A stretch of 64,000 nucleotides of DNA from assembly GCA_963748825.1 (NCBI GenBank), contig CAVVKN010000022.1, positions 146,056 to 210,055 on the forward strand, given 5' to 3'. This document shows positions 22,876 to 32,726 of this stretch, in pieces (the first letter of the stretch is position 1; each line of letters opens with the position of its first letter). The notes under the pieces were generated by a model that saw only the letters and a list, made by a program, of their open reading frames with translations, made no database searches and had not been told where the DNA came from. The position numbers were made by a program, and so were the translations under genes. The DNA is from Methanotrichaceae archaeon. GTDB lineage: Archaea; Halobacteriota; Methanosarcinia; Methanotrichales; Methanotrichaceae.

Positions 22876-23571
22876 TTACCTTGGGGCCTGGGAGAACACA
22901 TCCACAATGACCACATTGCTTGGTTGGTTGTTCACCACAATGTAGAGCATGTGTCTTCCCATCTGGTCGGCTTTGTAGTTCATGGTGTTATAACCTGGAT
23001 TGAACTGATAGGTCTTGTACTTGGTACTGGCCGTATCGGTTTGAACCACCTCATAAAAGCCTCCCATTCCTCCTGTGGGCACATTGGCCACGAGTTGCAG
23101 AGAGGCTCCCACTGGGCTTACTGCATACTGTGTCCAATTCGTGGCCCCCGAAATCCAGAGATCATTTGTCTTGGAAGGCACTGTGGATTCGTATTGAGAG
23201 TATGGCAATCCCTGGCCGTTGCCGTAGTATATGCCGTAAGGCGTATCCTGGGTAATATCGAATTTGACGGGATTGCTTACTATGCCGCTCATCACGGGCG
23301 TCCCTGTGGTTGTATAGTATTCTCTATAGGGAGTGAATGTGCTGCTGGAAACCGCTTGTCGGTAGAAAGCAAGATTGGAGCTGTACCAGGGGAAACTGGG
23401 GACAGGCGCATCCAGCCACTGCACCATGCCAGCTATTCCCGGGTCCATCGTCATGGACCGATCGTAACTCCTGACATACCCGCCTTCCAGATAGTCTTCT
23501 CCCCATGCAATGCCAATCATCAGACACGCAGCCAGCGCGGTCATACACAGCAAAATTCTGCAATATTTCAT
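22876..23571 (-). CDS. Secreted hypothetical protein (Tyr/Thr-rich)
   Basis: Signal peptide MKYCRILLCMTALAACLMIGIAWG; C-terminal Ig-like SNVVIVDV. Confidence 0.75.
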   Translation of the reverse strand: MKYCRILLCMTALAACLMIGIAWGEDYLEGGYVRSYDRSMTMDPGIAGMVQWLDAPVPSFPWYSSNLAFYRQAVSSSTFTPYREYYTTTGTPVMSGIVSNPVKFDITQDTPYGIYYGNGQGLPYSQYESTVPSKTNDLWISGATNWTQYAVSPVGASLQLVANVPTGGMGGFYEVVQTDTASTKYKTYQFNPGYNTMNYKADQMGRHMLYIVVNNQPSNVVIVDVFSQAPR

Positions 23572-24010
23572 TTTCCTGGCCTCAGAAATCTTCGCAATGT
23601 CCTTCATCTTCTCTTCCATTACTTCCTTCATTTGCATGCAACTTTGCGATTGCTTTTGCCATCGCTTATCTTAATACGACGTCTTAAAATAAGGCGCTTT
23701 GGGTAGCATTAAAAGCGTTATCAGTCCCAGTAAGGAAACAGGAAACCTGAGAGAATGGGGTGGCTGCAAATGCTTTATTAGGTTGGGAGGGCTGGAGGAA
23801 AGCCCACCCGAGGAGGTCTTAATGGCGAGCCCCACTCTCAAATCTCGCCGGTAAATTCTTCTCTTTCATAATTTATAGCCTTATTTTTCATGTACATCTC
23901 ATATTAATATCATCTAGTAAAGCAGCAGCAAGCCTATATTCATGATGGCGGGCGAGAATAATCATAACCGCAAGCCTATTATTCTCAAAGCAGGGCATGC
24001 TATTATGGCC

Positions 24011-24919
24011 ATGAATGTGCAACGTTTCATAGAGGACGCCATCGAGGAGATCAAGCGCGATGTTAAGGGACGCGCCATCATAGGTTTGTCGGGAGGCGTG
24101 GACAGCTCGGTATGCGCCATGCTGGCCCATCGCGCCATTGGAGACCGCCTGGTTCCGGTTTATGTGGACTCGGGGCTCATGAGGCAGTTCGAGTCGGACC
24201 GAATCGAGCAGCTCTTCCAGGACATCGGCCTGGTGCGCGTGAATGCTCACGACCGGTTCCTCGATGCCTTGAAAGGGGTCACAGACCCGGAAGAGAAGAG
24301 GATGATCGTAGGCGAGACCTTCATTCGTGTCTTTGAAGAGGAGTCACGTAAGATCGGCGGCGACTGCCTCATGCAGGGCACCATCTACCCGGACAGAATC
24401 GAGTCCGATGGAGGCATCAAGGCTCACCACAATGTGGGGGGCTTACCCAGTTGCATGGAATTCAAGACCATAGTCGAGCCTCTGCGTGACCTGTACAAAG
24501 ACGAGGTTCGCGAAGTAGCGCGGGCTCTGGGCCTTCCTCAAGAGATCAGCGAGAGGATGCCTTATCCGGGGCCTGGTTTGGCTGTGCGCATCGTGGGCGA
24601 GGTCACAGCCGAAAAGCTGGATATTGTCCGCAAAGCCAATGCCATTGTGGAGGAAGAGGTCGAAAAATTCAGTCCCTGGCAGGCCTTTGCTGCCTTGCTC
24701 GGCAAAGCCACGGGCGTTAAAGGCGATGTCCGGGTCTACGGCTGGGTGGTAGCTGTTCGTTCCGTATCCTCCCGAGATGCCATGACGGCGGAAGCGATGG
24801 AGCTTCCCTGGGAGACACTCAAGCGCATATCCAGCCGCATAACGGGCGAGATTCCAACCGTGTCCAGGGTGGTCTATGACCTGACACCCAAGCCACCGGG
24901 GACGATCGAGTTCGAGTAG
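24011..24919 (+). CDS. guaAB: GMP synthase subunit B (ATP pyrophosphatase)
   Basis: [43 protein letters not shown]. Confidence 0.97.
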   Translation: MNVQRFIEDAIEEIKRDVKGRAIIGLSGGVDSSVCAMLAHRAIGDRLVPVYVDSGLMRQFESDRIEQLFQDIGLVRVNAHDRFLDALKGVTDPEEKRMIVGETFIRVFEEESRKIGGDCLMQGTIYPDRIESDGGIKAHHNVGGLPSCMEFKTIVEPLRDLYKDEVREVARALGLPQEISERMPYPGPGLAVRIVGEVTAEKLDIVRKANAIVEEEVEKFSPWQAFAALLGKATGVKGDVRVYGWVVAVRSVSSRDAMTAEAMELPWETLKRISSRITGEIPTVSRVVYDLTPKPPGTIEFE

Positions 24920-25177
24920 AGTCTCTGTGCGCTCTGTGAGCTATCAACCACAAAATTATTTTTGCAGGTGCTCCTTCCGGCGGGGCGACTCAAGGTGGCC
25001 GGAAAGCTCAAGCTGAGGGCGGTCCTTTCGTAGGAAAATGCTGAACTTCAAGGCGAGGATCGATCCCTGGACCCACAGACTGTGTACGGTCCTGCAATGG
25101 GGCCTGCAGAGAAGTATTTCAGATCGGTGCTGGGGATGGAGGCACCCGAGGACCTGCGCGGCCTGACCTGGAATTAG

Positions 25178-25270
25178 TCATGAACGATTGCTCTCAAGCA
25201 AGAGACGCCCCTTTTGCGTAAGCCGGTATCTCTGTATGCTGCTATGCGGTTTATCGGGCAGCGTCACAAC
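25178..25270 (-). pseudogene. C-terminal remnant of a Fic/RecG-C-type winged-helix protein
   Basis: TLPDKPHSSIQRYRLTQKG matches the TIPDKPxSxxQKYRLTxKG tail; no N-terminal part present. Confidence 0.55.
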
Positions 25271-25352
25271 GCATAATGGGGAGACTACCAGAAATTTAAT
25301 AATCAAAAAAAGGTGATTTGGTTTTGAATGACCGCAGCTTCTGATCAAGATC

Positions 25353-25742
25353 CTAGAACTGGGGCCACTTCGGCATATTGATATCTGTGTACCAGAAAGT
25401 GCCATACCAGGCGTCGACTCCCAGATGCATATCATCCCATGGACGGGCTTCCTGCTCATTATCGCATTCAGGACATATAGATTCAGGACATGTGCATTCA
25501 GGACTTATGCATCCAGGGCAAATTACTAGATTCCCGGCAGGCGGAGAAATATTTGTATTATTTGCCTCGCTTCCAATGATTTCCAGCTCCACTTTTTCCA
25601 TGCCGGAAGATGCGATCCTTGTATTATCGGTTACGCTTCCTACGATATCCACAACTACGGATCCTGGGCCGCCAAATGCAGAGGCACTGCAAGCCGATAG
25701 CATCAGCGTTAAAGCCAATATGATTGATTTCCTCAACACCAT
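25353..25742 (-). CDS. Secreted Cys-rich hypothetical protein, paralog A
   Basis: Signal peptide; repeated (D/E)I(V/I)GSxxxNT; Cys cluster; PWDD. Confidence 0.75.
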   Translation of the reverse strand: MVLRKSIILALTLMLSACSASAFGGPGSVVVDIVGSVTDNTRIASSGMEKVELEIIGSEANNTNISPPAGNLVICPGCISPECTCPESICPECDNEQEARPWDDMHLGVDAWYGTFWYTDINMPKWPQF

Positions 25743-25998
25743 TCCCCTCCAGCGAATTTCACATTTAAGCTAAACATATTTAACCTATGTTTTATATATA
25801 CTGGAAGTAGAAAAATCTTTCGGGCCGACAAGGTCGGATTTCTTAGAGCATTATTAGAAATAAATAGATCAAAGATGGCCATTGCCTGGAATAAATCCGC
25901 AAAGGAATTAGTATACAAAGAATATAAAAAAATATTTTTTAAACTTATGTTGCTTTTTTTCGGTTATTCAAAAACACTTCTCCCAACCGAAGCTTTGG

Positions 25999-26424
25999 CT
26001 AAGGATTTGTGGTCACTCTCCCCAAAGTGAGGATCTTTGGTGCAGTGCTTACGTATATCGGATCTCTTTTAATAAGTGGCCGGTTATATCTAGTGGGAAT
26101 ATACGAACTCCATGGGTAGCATAGCGGCCTCTTGAAGTCGTCCCATGGGGTTCTATAGCATTTTTCCTCGCCACATGGAGCGCAGCCCCAACAATCTTTT
26201 CCACATGTCTTTTTAACCACTTCAGTCGGGTAGCCGATCTGGATGTTGCTTGCAGTGCTGCCGACTATATTTACTTCGACCGGCATGCCGTCAGGTGCTA
26301 TGATCGTGGTATTGTTCGCCCGGCTTCCTAGAATGTCAAGGCCGGTCGCTGGCCCGCTGATGGCACCCTGTGCGACAGATGCCCATAGGATAAGTATGCT
26401 GATCAGAACAATTTGCTCTCTCAA
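25999..26424 (-). CDS. Secreted Cys-rich hypothetical protein, paralog B
   Basis: Signal peptide; DILGSRANNT and NIVGSTASN; Cys cluster; PWDD. Confidence 0.75.
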   Translation of the reverse strand: MREQIVLISILILWASVAQGAISGPATGLDILGSRANNTTIIAPDGMPVEVNIVGSTASNIQIGYPTEVVKKTCGKDCWGCAPCGEEKCYRTPWDDFKRPLCYPWSSYIPTRYNRPLIKRDPIYVSTAPKILTLGRVTTNP

Positions 26425-26530
26425 ACCTTTCGCCCCCTTTTATAATTAAGTCTATTAAAATGTCCTGGAAGTAGAAAAACCTTTTGTTGCAGCGCAAACC
26501 ATTAAATCCCATCCGGGAAGATTGGGACCT

Positions 26531-27433
26531 GTGAAACTGATTTATGTGGCTGGCAAAGGAGGCGTGGGCAAAAGCGTCTGCTCGGCAGCTTCCGGCATCT
26601 GGAAAGCGCATCAAGGAAAGGATACCCTGGTCTTCTCCATGGACCCGGCCCACTCGCTCTCAGACATCTTTGACATCGATCTGGGAAGCCAGCCCCGGAA
26701 GATCCGCGAGCACCTCTATGCCTATGAGCCCGATCTGGCAGAGGAGGCGCGAGGCTTCTTTCGCAGATACAAGAACATATTTACCGCCCTCTTCGGCCTC
26801 TTCGAGGTGGAGGTGAAGCCCGAGGACTTCGGGAACATGCCCGGTGTCTCCGAGCTCATCTTCATGGATAAATTAAACGACATTTACGTCGAGAAGAAGT
26901 ACGACTTTGTGATCATAGACTCGGCACCAACAGCCATGGTCCTGCCTTTGCTGCAACTGCCCTCCATTACCACCGGATTTGTCACAAAAGTGCTGGGCAT
27001 GAGAAATAGATGGATGGGTGTTCTCGACCTTTTGCAGCCCGGTTTTGGCGATCGCATACTCTCTGAGGTTCGGACCATGCGCCTGAAAGCCGAGAACATG
27101 CGAAGCGCCCTGCTCGACCCGGAGACGGCCAGCATCACCGTGGTTACCATCCCCGAGAAAGCTGCTGTGGAGGAGAGCCGTCGCCTGATTGAGACGGTAG
27201 AGTCGCACGGAGTTGCTGTCTCGTCCATTGTCATCAACCACGTGATCCGGGACTGCGACTGTCGCTTTTGCCAGGAGAAGAAGGCATCTCAGATCTCTTA
27301 CATCCGGGAGCTAAGGGACCGCTACCAGGAAAAGCGCATTGCTGTTTTGCCCGACTACGGGGGAGAGATAAAGGGAGATGGTCTCTTGAAGGTGGCAGAG
27401 GACCTCTACGCAAAGGAGCAGCTCAAAATCTGA
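26531..27433 (+). CDS. ArsA/GET3-family ATPase
   Basis: GKGGVGKS, DPAHSLSD, DSAPT, CxxC; GTG start. Confidence 0.92.
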   Translation: MKLIYVAGKGGVGKSVCSAASGIWKAHQGKDTLVFSMDPAHSLSDIFDIDLGSQPRKIREHLYAYEPDLAEEARGFFRRYKNIFTALFGLFEVEVKPEDFGNMPGVSELIFMDKLNDIYVEKKYDFVIIDSAPTAMVLPLLQLPSITTGFVTKVLGMRNRWMGVLDLLQPGFGDRILSEVRTMRLKAENMRSALLDPETASITVVTIPEKAAVEESRRLIETVESHGVAVSSIVINHVIRDCDCRFCQEKKASQISYIRELRDRYQEKRIAVLPDYGGEIKGDGLLKVAEDLYAKEQLKI

Positions 27434-27487
27434 AAACATCACCAAATTGATATATTTTGTAGTTGAAGATAGGAGAGAGGAAAGACC

Positions 27488-28423
27488 ATGTTCAAAAAAG
27501 TTCTCGTTCCCACCGACTTCTCCAGCTATGCCCACAAGATGCAAGAGTGCCTGGCGGACATACCGGGCATAGAAGAGATCGTGCTCCTTAACGTCGTGGA
27601 CGGCGGCAATCCCATGAACCTGGAGAGGAAAGGATGGAGCTATGACTCTCTTATCGATGAAGCTGAAACAAGGCTCGCAGAGCAGGCCGATCACCTTGCC
27701 CATCTGGGCGAGAAAGGCCCCTCGGTCCGGCCGCTTTTGAAGGTCATCGTGGAGCCGATGAGCGGTGCGGACGGGGTCGATATGAAGAGGCTGCAGCCCA
27801 GATCGGGTCTGGGGCTGATAGAGGGAGGCAGTGTGGGCGAGGCCATTGTCAAGGCGGCAGAGGAGGAGAATGCCTCTCTCATCTGTATGGGCGCGCAGGG
27901 CAGAGGGCTGGTTGAGGGCATGCTCCTGGGATCAGTCTCGACCGAGGTGCTCAGGCAGGGCCAAACGGATCTGCTCATCATCCGCCACATGATCCTGGAT
28001 GGCGGCAAAGACGGAGAATATGAGAGGTTCTGCCGGGATATATTTTCTAAAGTTATGCTCACCACAGACTTCTCCGAGGCGGCTCTTGAGACAGTATCCA
28101 AGGCCAAGGATCTGATGGGCGTCAGGGAGATCTTGCTGGTGCATGTGATCGCCAGAGAGTTGGATTTCGATGAGGCGGCAAAGAGGCTGAACCTGCTGCG
28201 TGAGGAGCTGGCAGGCCCGGGCAGAAAGATCACTGTGCATGTCCTGGAGGGCCATCCTGCAGAAGAGATCCTGGCTTTAGCCGAGAAGCAAGATGTTTCC
28301 TTGATAATGATGGGCTCTCAGGGAAAGAGCTGGAGCCGACAGATTCGCGTAGGAAGCACGACCTTTGATGTGGCCCGCCAGGCAAAAAGCCCCGTGATGG
28401 TGATCCGGCCCAAGAAGAGCTGA
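27488..28423 (+). CDS. Tandem universal stress protein
   Basis: KKVLVPTDFS and two MG-x2-G-x9-GS motifs. Confidence 0.92.
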   Translation: MFKKVLVPTDFSSYAHKMQECLADIPGIEEIVLLNVVDGGNPMNLERKGWSYDSLIDEAETRLAEQADHLAHLGEKGPSVRPLLKVIVEPMSGADGVDMKRLQPRSGLGLIEGGSVGEAIVKAAEEENASLICMGAQGRGLVEGMLLGSVSTEVLRQGQTDLLIIRHMILDGGKDGEYERFCRDIFSKVMLTTDFSEAALETVSKAKDLMGVREILLVHVIARELDFDEAAKRLNLLREELAGPGRKITVHVLEGHPAEEILALAEKQDVSLIMMGSQGKSWSRQIRVGSTTFDVARQAKSPVMVIRPKKS

Positions 28424-28425
28424 AG

Positions 28426-28463
28426 AGGGAAAGCCGGGGTCCGGCCATTCCCCGTCCCTTTTT
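28426..28463 (+). terminator. Hairpin plus T-tract between convergent genes
   Basis: AGGGA..CGGGG...CCCCG-TCCCT followed by TTTT. Confidence 0.4.
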
Positions 28464-28506
28464 GCATCAGGTTTGATTCACATCGAATTTCCGCAAAATG
28501 AATTCG

Positions 28507-29202
28507 CTATTTTTCCGCGGCTTTTCGGATCTGCTCCATCATCATTTCGGCAGCCTTGTAGTACGCATCTCGGGGCATCAGCGCTCGGCTAACCCGGGCT
28601 TCCAGCTCCTCGGAGATCGTGCCCTCTTTCACGAGCTGGCGGCCTGCTTCTCTGGCAGCCTGGAAGATGTCCTCCACCAATTTCGTCTCTCCTGCCTTTA
28701 CCATATCTTTCATGCCATCTGCCATGGGACGCAGCAATGCTCCGGCGAAGTCAGAGCTTTCGTTCGGCCTGGTGTAGATGGCCCTCATCTGCAGGAGCAG
28801 AGGATCGAACATTGACAGCTCCCAGGCACCGCAGGTGGAGACAAGAACGGCCTTCGGGTGCTTCGCCTGGCCACCCTGCAAATTGAGGGGCAGTTGCCTA
28901 TCCATCAGATTTTTAAGAGGTCCTGTCACGCCTGCATAGTAAACCGGGCTGGCCCAGACTATGACATCCGCTTCTTTTATCTTGGGCAAAAGCATCTGCA
29001 TGTCATCCTTCTGGCCGCAAATTCCAGGATTTTTAAACCAGCAGCTCAAGTCTCCATTGCAGGCACCTATCTTCAGTTTCCTGGTGTAAAATACTTCCAC
29101 ATCGCTGCCTGCTTCCCTCATGCCCTCAAGGAAGGGATTGAGGATCATGGCTGTATTTCCCTCATCCATGTGAGGGCTGCCGTTTATAGCAAGAACCTTC
29201 AT
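28507..29202 (-). CDS. Flavodoxin-family / iron-sulfur flavoprotein (FMN reductase-like)
   Basis: INGSP..GNT, CNGDLSC...C, ASPVYY, KNLMDR. Confidence 0.9.
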   Translation of the reverse strand: MKVLAINGSPHMDEGNTAMILNPFLEGMREAGSDVEVFYTRKLKIGACNGDLSCWFKNPGICGQKDDMQMLLPKIKEADVIVWASPVYYAGVTGPLKNLMDRQLPLNLQGGQAKHPKAVLVSTCGAWELSMFDPLLLQMRAIYTRPNESSDFAGALLRPMADGMKDMVKAGETKLVEDIFQAAREAGRQLVKEGTISEELEARVSRALMPRDAYYKAAEMMMEQIRKAAEK

Positions 29203-29292
29203 AGAAATTGTTCTTTAACTCAACCAATAAATAATGATCGTAATCGAATAGCAAGTTATATCGACCAGTAGAATTCAAGGAATGACCTGGAA

Positions 29293-30072
29293 ATGTCCTC
29301 ATATTCGGCGTATAGCGGAAATGGCCTCGACCAGATAGATCCATTTGATGCCGGCGACAACAACCTCTGGCGCAAAGCAGAGTACCTGGGTCGCTACCTC
29401 TTTGCTTCTGATTTTTTAAGACCCTATAAACCCGATCTCGTGGCTGATATCTCCTGCGGCATGGGATACGGAGCTGCAGAGCTATGCAGTGTGGCCGGGA
29501 GGGTTATCGGAATTGACGCCAATCGCGCTCTGATGGAATCAGCCAGCCAGAGGTGCAAAATGCCAAACCTGCATTTTCTCTTTAAAGACCTGGATGAAGA
29601 GGATCTCTATCCCAATATTGCAGAGGGCAGCGTTGCGGCTGTCATCAGCTTCGAGACCCTGGAGCATCTGCTCGATCCATTTCGGGCTGTGGCCCAGTTC
29701 TCCAAAATCCTGCAGCCGGGCGGTTTTCTTATTTGTTCAGTCCCCAATGTCCTTTCCGAGTCCGGTGATAGTAGCGGTCTTCCCAGGAACAAGGCCCACA
29801 AACAATGGTTTAATTTTGCATCGCTCTCCCGGATGGTGCAGCGGCATGAGATGCGAGTGATCTACCGGCTGGGCCAGTCCTGGTCCAAGGCGCTCTTTCG
29901 AAGAGAGCAGCAGCTTTCCAATGCCAAGCGACTTACGCGAAAGCTTGGCGATGAGCCGGTCATGCACTCGCCGGAAATGATGCGATGGCTCTCTTATGTC
30001 GCGGCATATCCCACCGTCGAGGATGTGGACGGCTCTTACTCCATTATCATTGTTGCCCAAAAGAACAAATGA
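29293..30072 (+). CDS. Class I SAM-dependent methyltransferase
   Basis: DISCGMGYG, SFETLEH, LQPGG..SVPN. Confidence 0.88.
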   Translation: MSSYSAYSGNGLDQIDPFDAGDNNLWRKAEYLGRYLFASDFLRPYKPDLVADISCGMGYGAAELCSVAGRVIGIDANRALMESASQRCKMPNLHFLFKDLDEEDLYPNIAEGSVAAVISFETLEHLLDPFRAVAQFSKILQPGGFLICSVPNVLSESGDSSGLPRNKAHKQWFNFASLSRMVQRHEMRVIYRLGQSWSKALFRREQQLSNAKRLTRKLGDEPVMHSPEMMRWLSYVAAYPTVEDVDGSYSIIIVAQKNK

Positions 30073-30104
30073 TGATCGGATATTCCGAAATGGCGTTTCT
30101 GGAC

Positions 30105-31322
30105 CTAAACTCCCAGGGCGTTTATGGCTTCAATAAGTTCCCCGAAGGCCTCCATTTCCAGATCCAAGACCTCTTCCGTTGTCATGGAGATGCTCATCTC
30201 TCCATCCACGGTGAGCCTGTCCGGGCCCCGAGCCACAATCCTGTCCCGGCCGTCGCGGCCAAGCGCCTTTTTGATATCTTTCTCATGGGCCAGAGTGCGA
30301 CCGGGAATGATGACCGTGTCTTTTACCTCATCAAGATCCAGGTTCATGAAATCCTCTATGGTTATCAGGCAGCCTACATCTTTGTTGACTCCGACCACAT
30401 TCACTTTTTCTCTCATTTGCTGGAAGATAGCTGTCAGCAATGGCAGGGCTACACTGCTGGTGATGACGGTTGCGCTTCTGCGTAAGTGTGGAAGGGAAGC
30501 GATCCTTTCCGGATGGCGGGCCAGAGCAAAGGGCGCTCCCGTGAGCGGATCCCAGAGAGGAGTTCCGGTTACCCGCAAGCGATGCCCCGCTGCAGTTTGC
30601 GTGACGATGTTTTGAAACTCTTCTATGGAGTGTGGCGTTATGCCCGGCATGATAGGAGCATTGCCCAGGATCAGGCCCTGCTCGCGAGAGTTGGCAAATC
30701 TCATCAGGATCAATCCCTTCGCCCCCATATCATCCAGGTCGCTGCAGGTCTTCTCCAGCTCTTCGCCATCGTTTACGCCGGGGATGAGAACGCAGGCACA
30801 GTAAACCTCACAGCTCTTGCAGAATATCTTGAGGCATTCGAGGGCAATCTCCGCATTTTTGTCGCCCATATACTTCCTTCTTAGCTGTGGATTTGTGGAA
30901 AAGACGGTAAAGGAGACCTCAGTTACGCCTGCCTCTACCAGGGCGGCGGCATCATTCGCGCTCTTGAAGCCTTTTCCGGAGGTGTAGCCTAAAGCGATAG
31001 GGACCATGCCCTGAGAGAGCATCTTCGTGAGAGGCAGAAGGTCTGGGTAACAACTCAGATCCCCGCCGCCGCTGATGGTGACTTTATCAGGGATGCTGCC
31101 CATGCACTTTCCTGCTACATCGAAAACGACGGCGTCCATGGGCTTGAAACCTGGATAACCTTCCACAATGGCGCGGGAGCAGTAGTCGCAGCCCTTCTGG
31201 AAGGGCATGCAATACTTGCAGCCGAAGGGTGAAACGCTTTTTACTCCTTTGAAATAACAGTAGCTACAAAAGCCCTTGCAATCCAGGCCCGGTCTTCCTC
31301 CGACATCGGCAAGTATCTCCAT
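30105..31322 (-). CDS. mmp10: Methanogenesis marker protein 10, radical-SAM MCR arginine methyltransferase
   Basis: DVGGRPGLDCKGFCSYCYFK, GCKYC..GCDYC, LMRFANSREQGLILGN, GPDRLTVDGEMS. Confidence 0.93.
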   Translation of the reverse strand: MEILADVGGRPGLDCKGFCSYCYFKGVKSVSPFGCKYCMPFQKGCDYCSRAIVEGYPGFKPMDAVVFDVAGKCMGSIPDKVTISGGGDLSCYPDLLPLTKMLSQGMVPIALGYTSGKGFKSANDAAALVEAGVTEVSFTVFSTNPQLRRKYMGDKNAEIALECLKIFCKSCEVYCACVLIPGVNDGEELEKTCSDLDDMGAKGLILMRFANSREQGLILGNAPIMPGITPHSIEEFQNIVTQTAAGHRLRVTGTPLWDPLTGAPFALARHPERIASLPHLRRSATVITSSVALPLLTAIFQQMREKVNVVGVNKDVGCLITIEDFMNLDLDEVKDTVIIPGRTLAHEKDIKKALGRDGRDRIVARGPDRLTVDGEMSISMTTEEVLDLEMEAFGELIEAINALGV

Positions 31323-31416
31323 GCCAAAAGCAACTTTGCGAGAGGGTAAATAAGTTTTGGGCTTTCAGATCTGTTTCTGTAGAGATTAGGTTTCCTATAA
31401 CCAAACAGATGCGTTT

Positions 31417-32331
31417 TTAGATAATGTTGATGGCCAGCAAACAATAAATCAGAAACAGAAGAATACCCTCCAGGCGAGTGATAGTATTATTGAGGGACAT
31501 GAAGCCCAGGAGGAAGCTTAGCAAGATCATGGCTGGAAGTGTGGAAAAAAGAAAGCCGCTCTCCACAGTGACTGTTGCAAAGAGGGAGCTTGTGCCCAGG
31601 ATTATCAGTGAATTAAATGCATTGGATCCCAGAACGTTGCCCATAGCAATCTCATATCTTCCGCTTCTAGCGGCCATCACGGAAGTAGCAATCTCGGGCA
31701 GAGATGTTCCCAAAGCCACTAAAAGGAATGCAATCAGCGATTCACTTATGTTCATATCTTGCGAGATGGCCAGTGCTGAAGAGACAAGATACCTGGCGCC
31801 AACGTAGAGAAGCGCCATTCCCAGAAAAAAACCTGCAACCTGCTTGAGGTCAAGTTTTTCCCTTTTTGTTCTCTCAGAATTACGATGCTGGCCGAGTTCG
31901 TGATTGATAAAAGCCAGATACATGAGGATGAGAGCAATCCCCTCCACCCACGTTACCTGCAGATCTATGAAGACTACCAGGGTGGATATGGCAGAAGCTA
32001 AAAGAAGGGGTATATCGGTGTCTGTTATCCGCCTGCTTACGTAGATGGGAAAAAGCAGGCTTGCCAATCCCAAAGCCAGACCGATGTTGGCGACATTGGA
32101 GCCTATGACGTTGCCCACTACCAGGCCCGGGTGGCCGGAGAGCATGGCAAATATGGATGAGGCCAGCTCAGGCATGGACGTCCCAAAGGCTACAACGGTT
32201 GCCCCAATAACGAATTCAGATACACCGGCAACTTTTGCTATGTGCCTGGCGCTATTTGTCAGCAGCTTTGCCCCCAGGAGAAGGGCCGAGAGGCTGAAGA
32301 CAAAAATTAGAAATTGCTGCATTTCCAACAT
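31417..32331 (-). CDS. Calcium/sodium antiporter (YrbG/CaCA)
   Basis: Two alpha repeats GTSMPE...GSN and GTSLPE...GSN. Confidence 0.92.
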   Translation of the reverse strand: MLEMQQFLIFVFSLSALLLGAKLLTNSARHIAKVAGVSEFVIGATVVAFGTSMPELASSIFAMLSGHPGLVVGNVIGSNVANIGLALGLASLLFPIYVSRRITDTDIPLLLASAISTLVVFIDLQVTWVEGIALILMYLAFINHELGQHRNSERTKREKLDLKQVAGFFLGMALLYVGARYLVSSALAISQDMNISESLIAFLLVALGTSLPEIATSVMAARSGRYEIAMGNVLGSNAFNSLIILGTSSLFATVTVESGFLFSTLPAMILLSFLLGFMSLNNTITRLEGILLFLIYCLLAINII

Positions 32332-32726
32332 ACATCTCGGCGCATGAGATAATAATCTATCGAGAGATATTGGCCCTTCTGGATGATCGAATGGTACCCA
32401 AGAACATGTCATAAATGGGAAAACAATATATACATCCACGAATACATGCTTAAGTTAAAGTATTAGATGAATGCTTTAATGGTAGCAGAGGGAGAAGATG
32501 GCTCATAAATCAGCAGGGCGCCGGATATAAAGGTCTGCAAGCAGGATCTCCAAGCAAAATCTGCGGGCAAGATCTTTGCTCAAGAAAGTGATCGCAATGG
32601 AGCGAAACTTTCAACACCCTTTAGAAAACAGATCGCAAAGAAGCAGCGGACTCATGAGGATGATAAGAGAAAATGGCCGGCAAGGGAAGAAGAAATCTGA
32701 GGCAGTGATGCGAGCGGAGGTAACCT

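Noticed and set aside
22696-23706. 336-aa plus-strand ORF
   Set aside because: Antisense shadow of the secreted protein at 22876-23571
23790-23815. GAGGAAAGCCC resembling RNase P RNA CR-I
   Set aside because: The GC-rich stretch is only about 100 nt and no AACAGAA-type CR-V partner was seen
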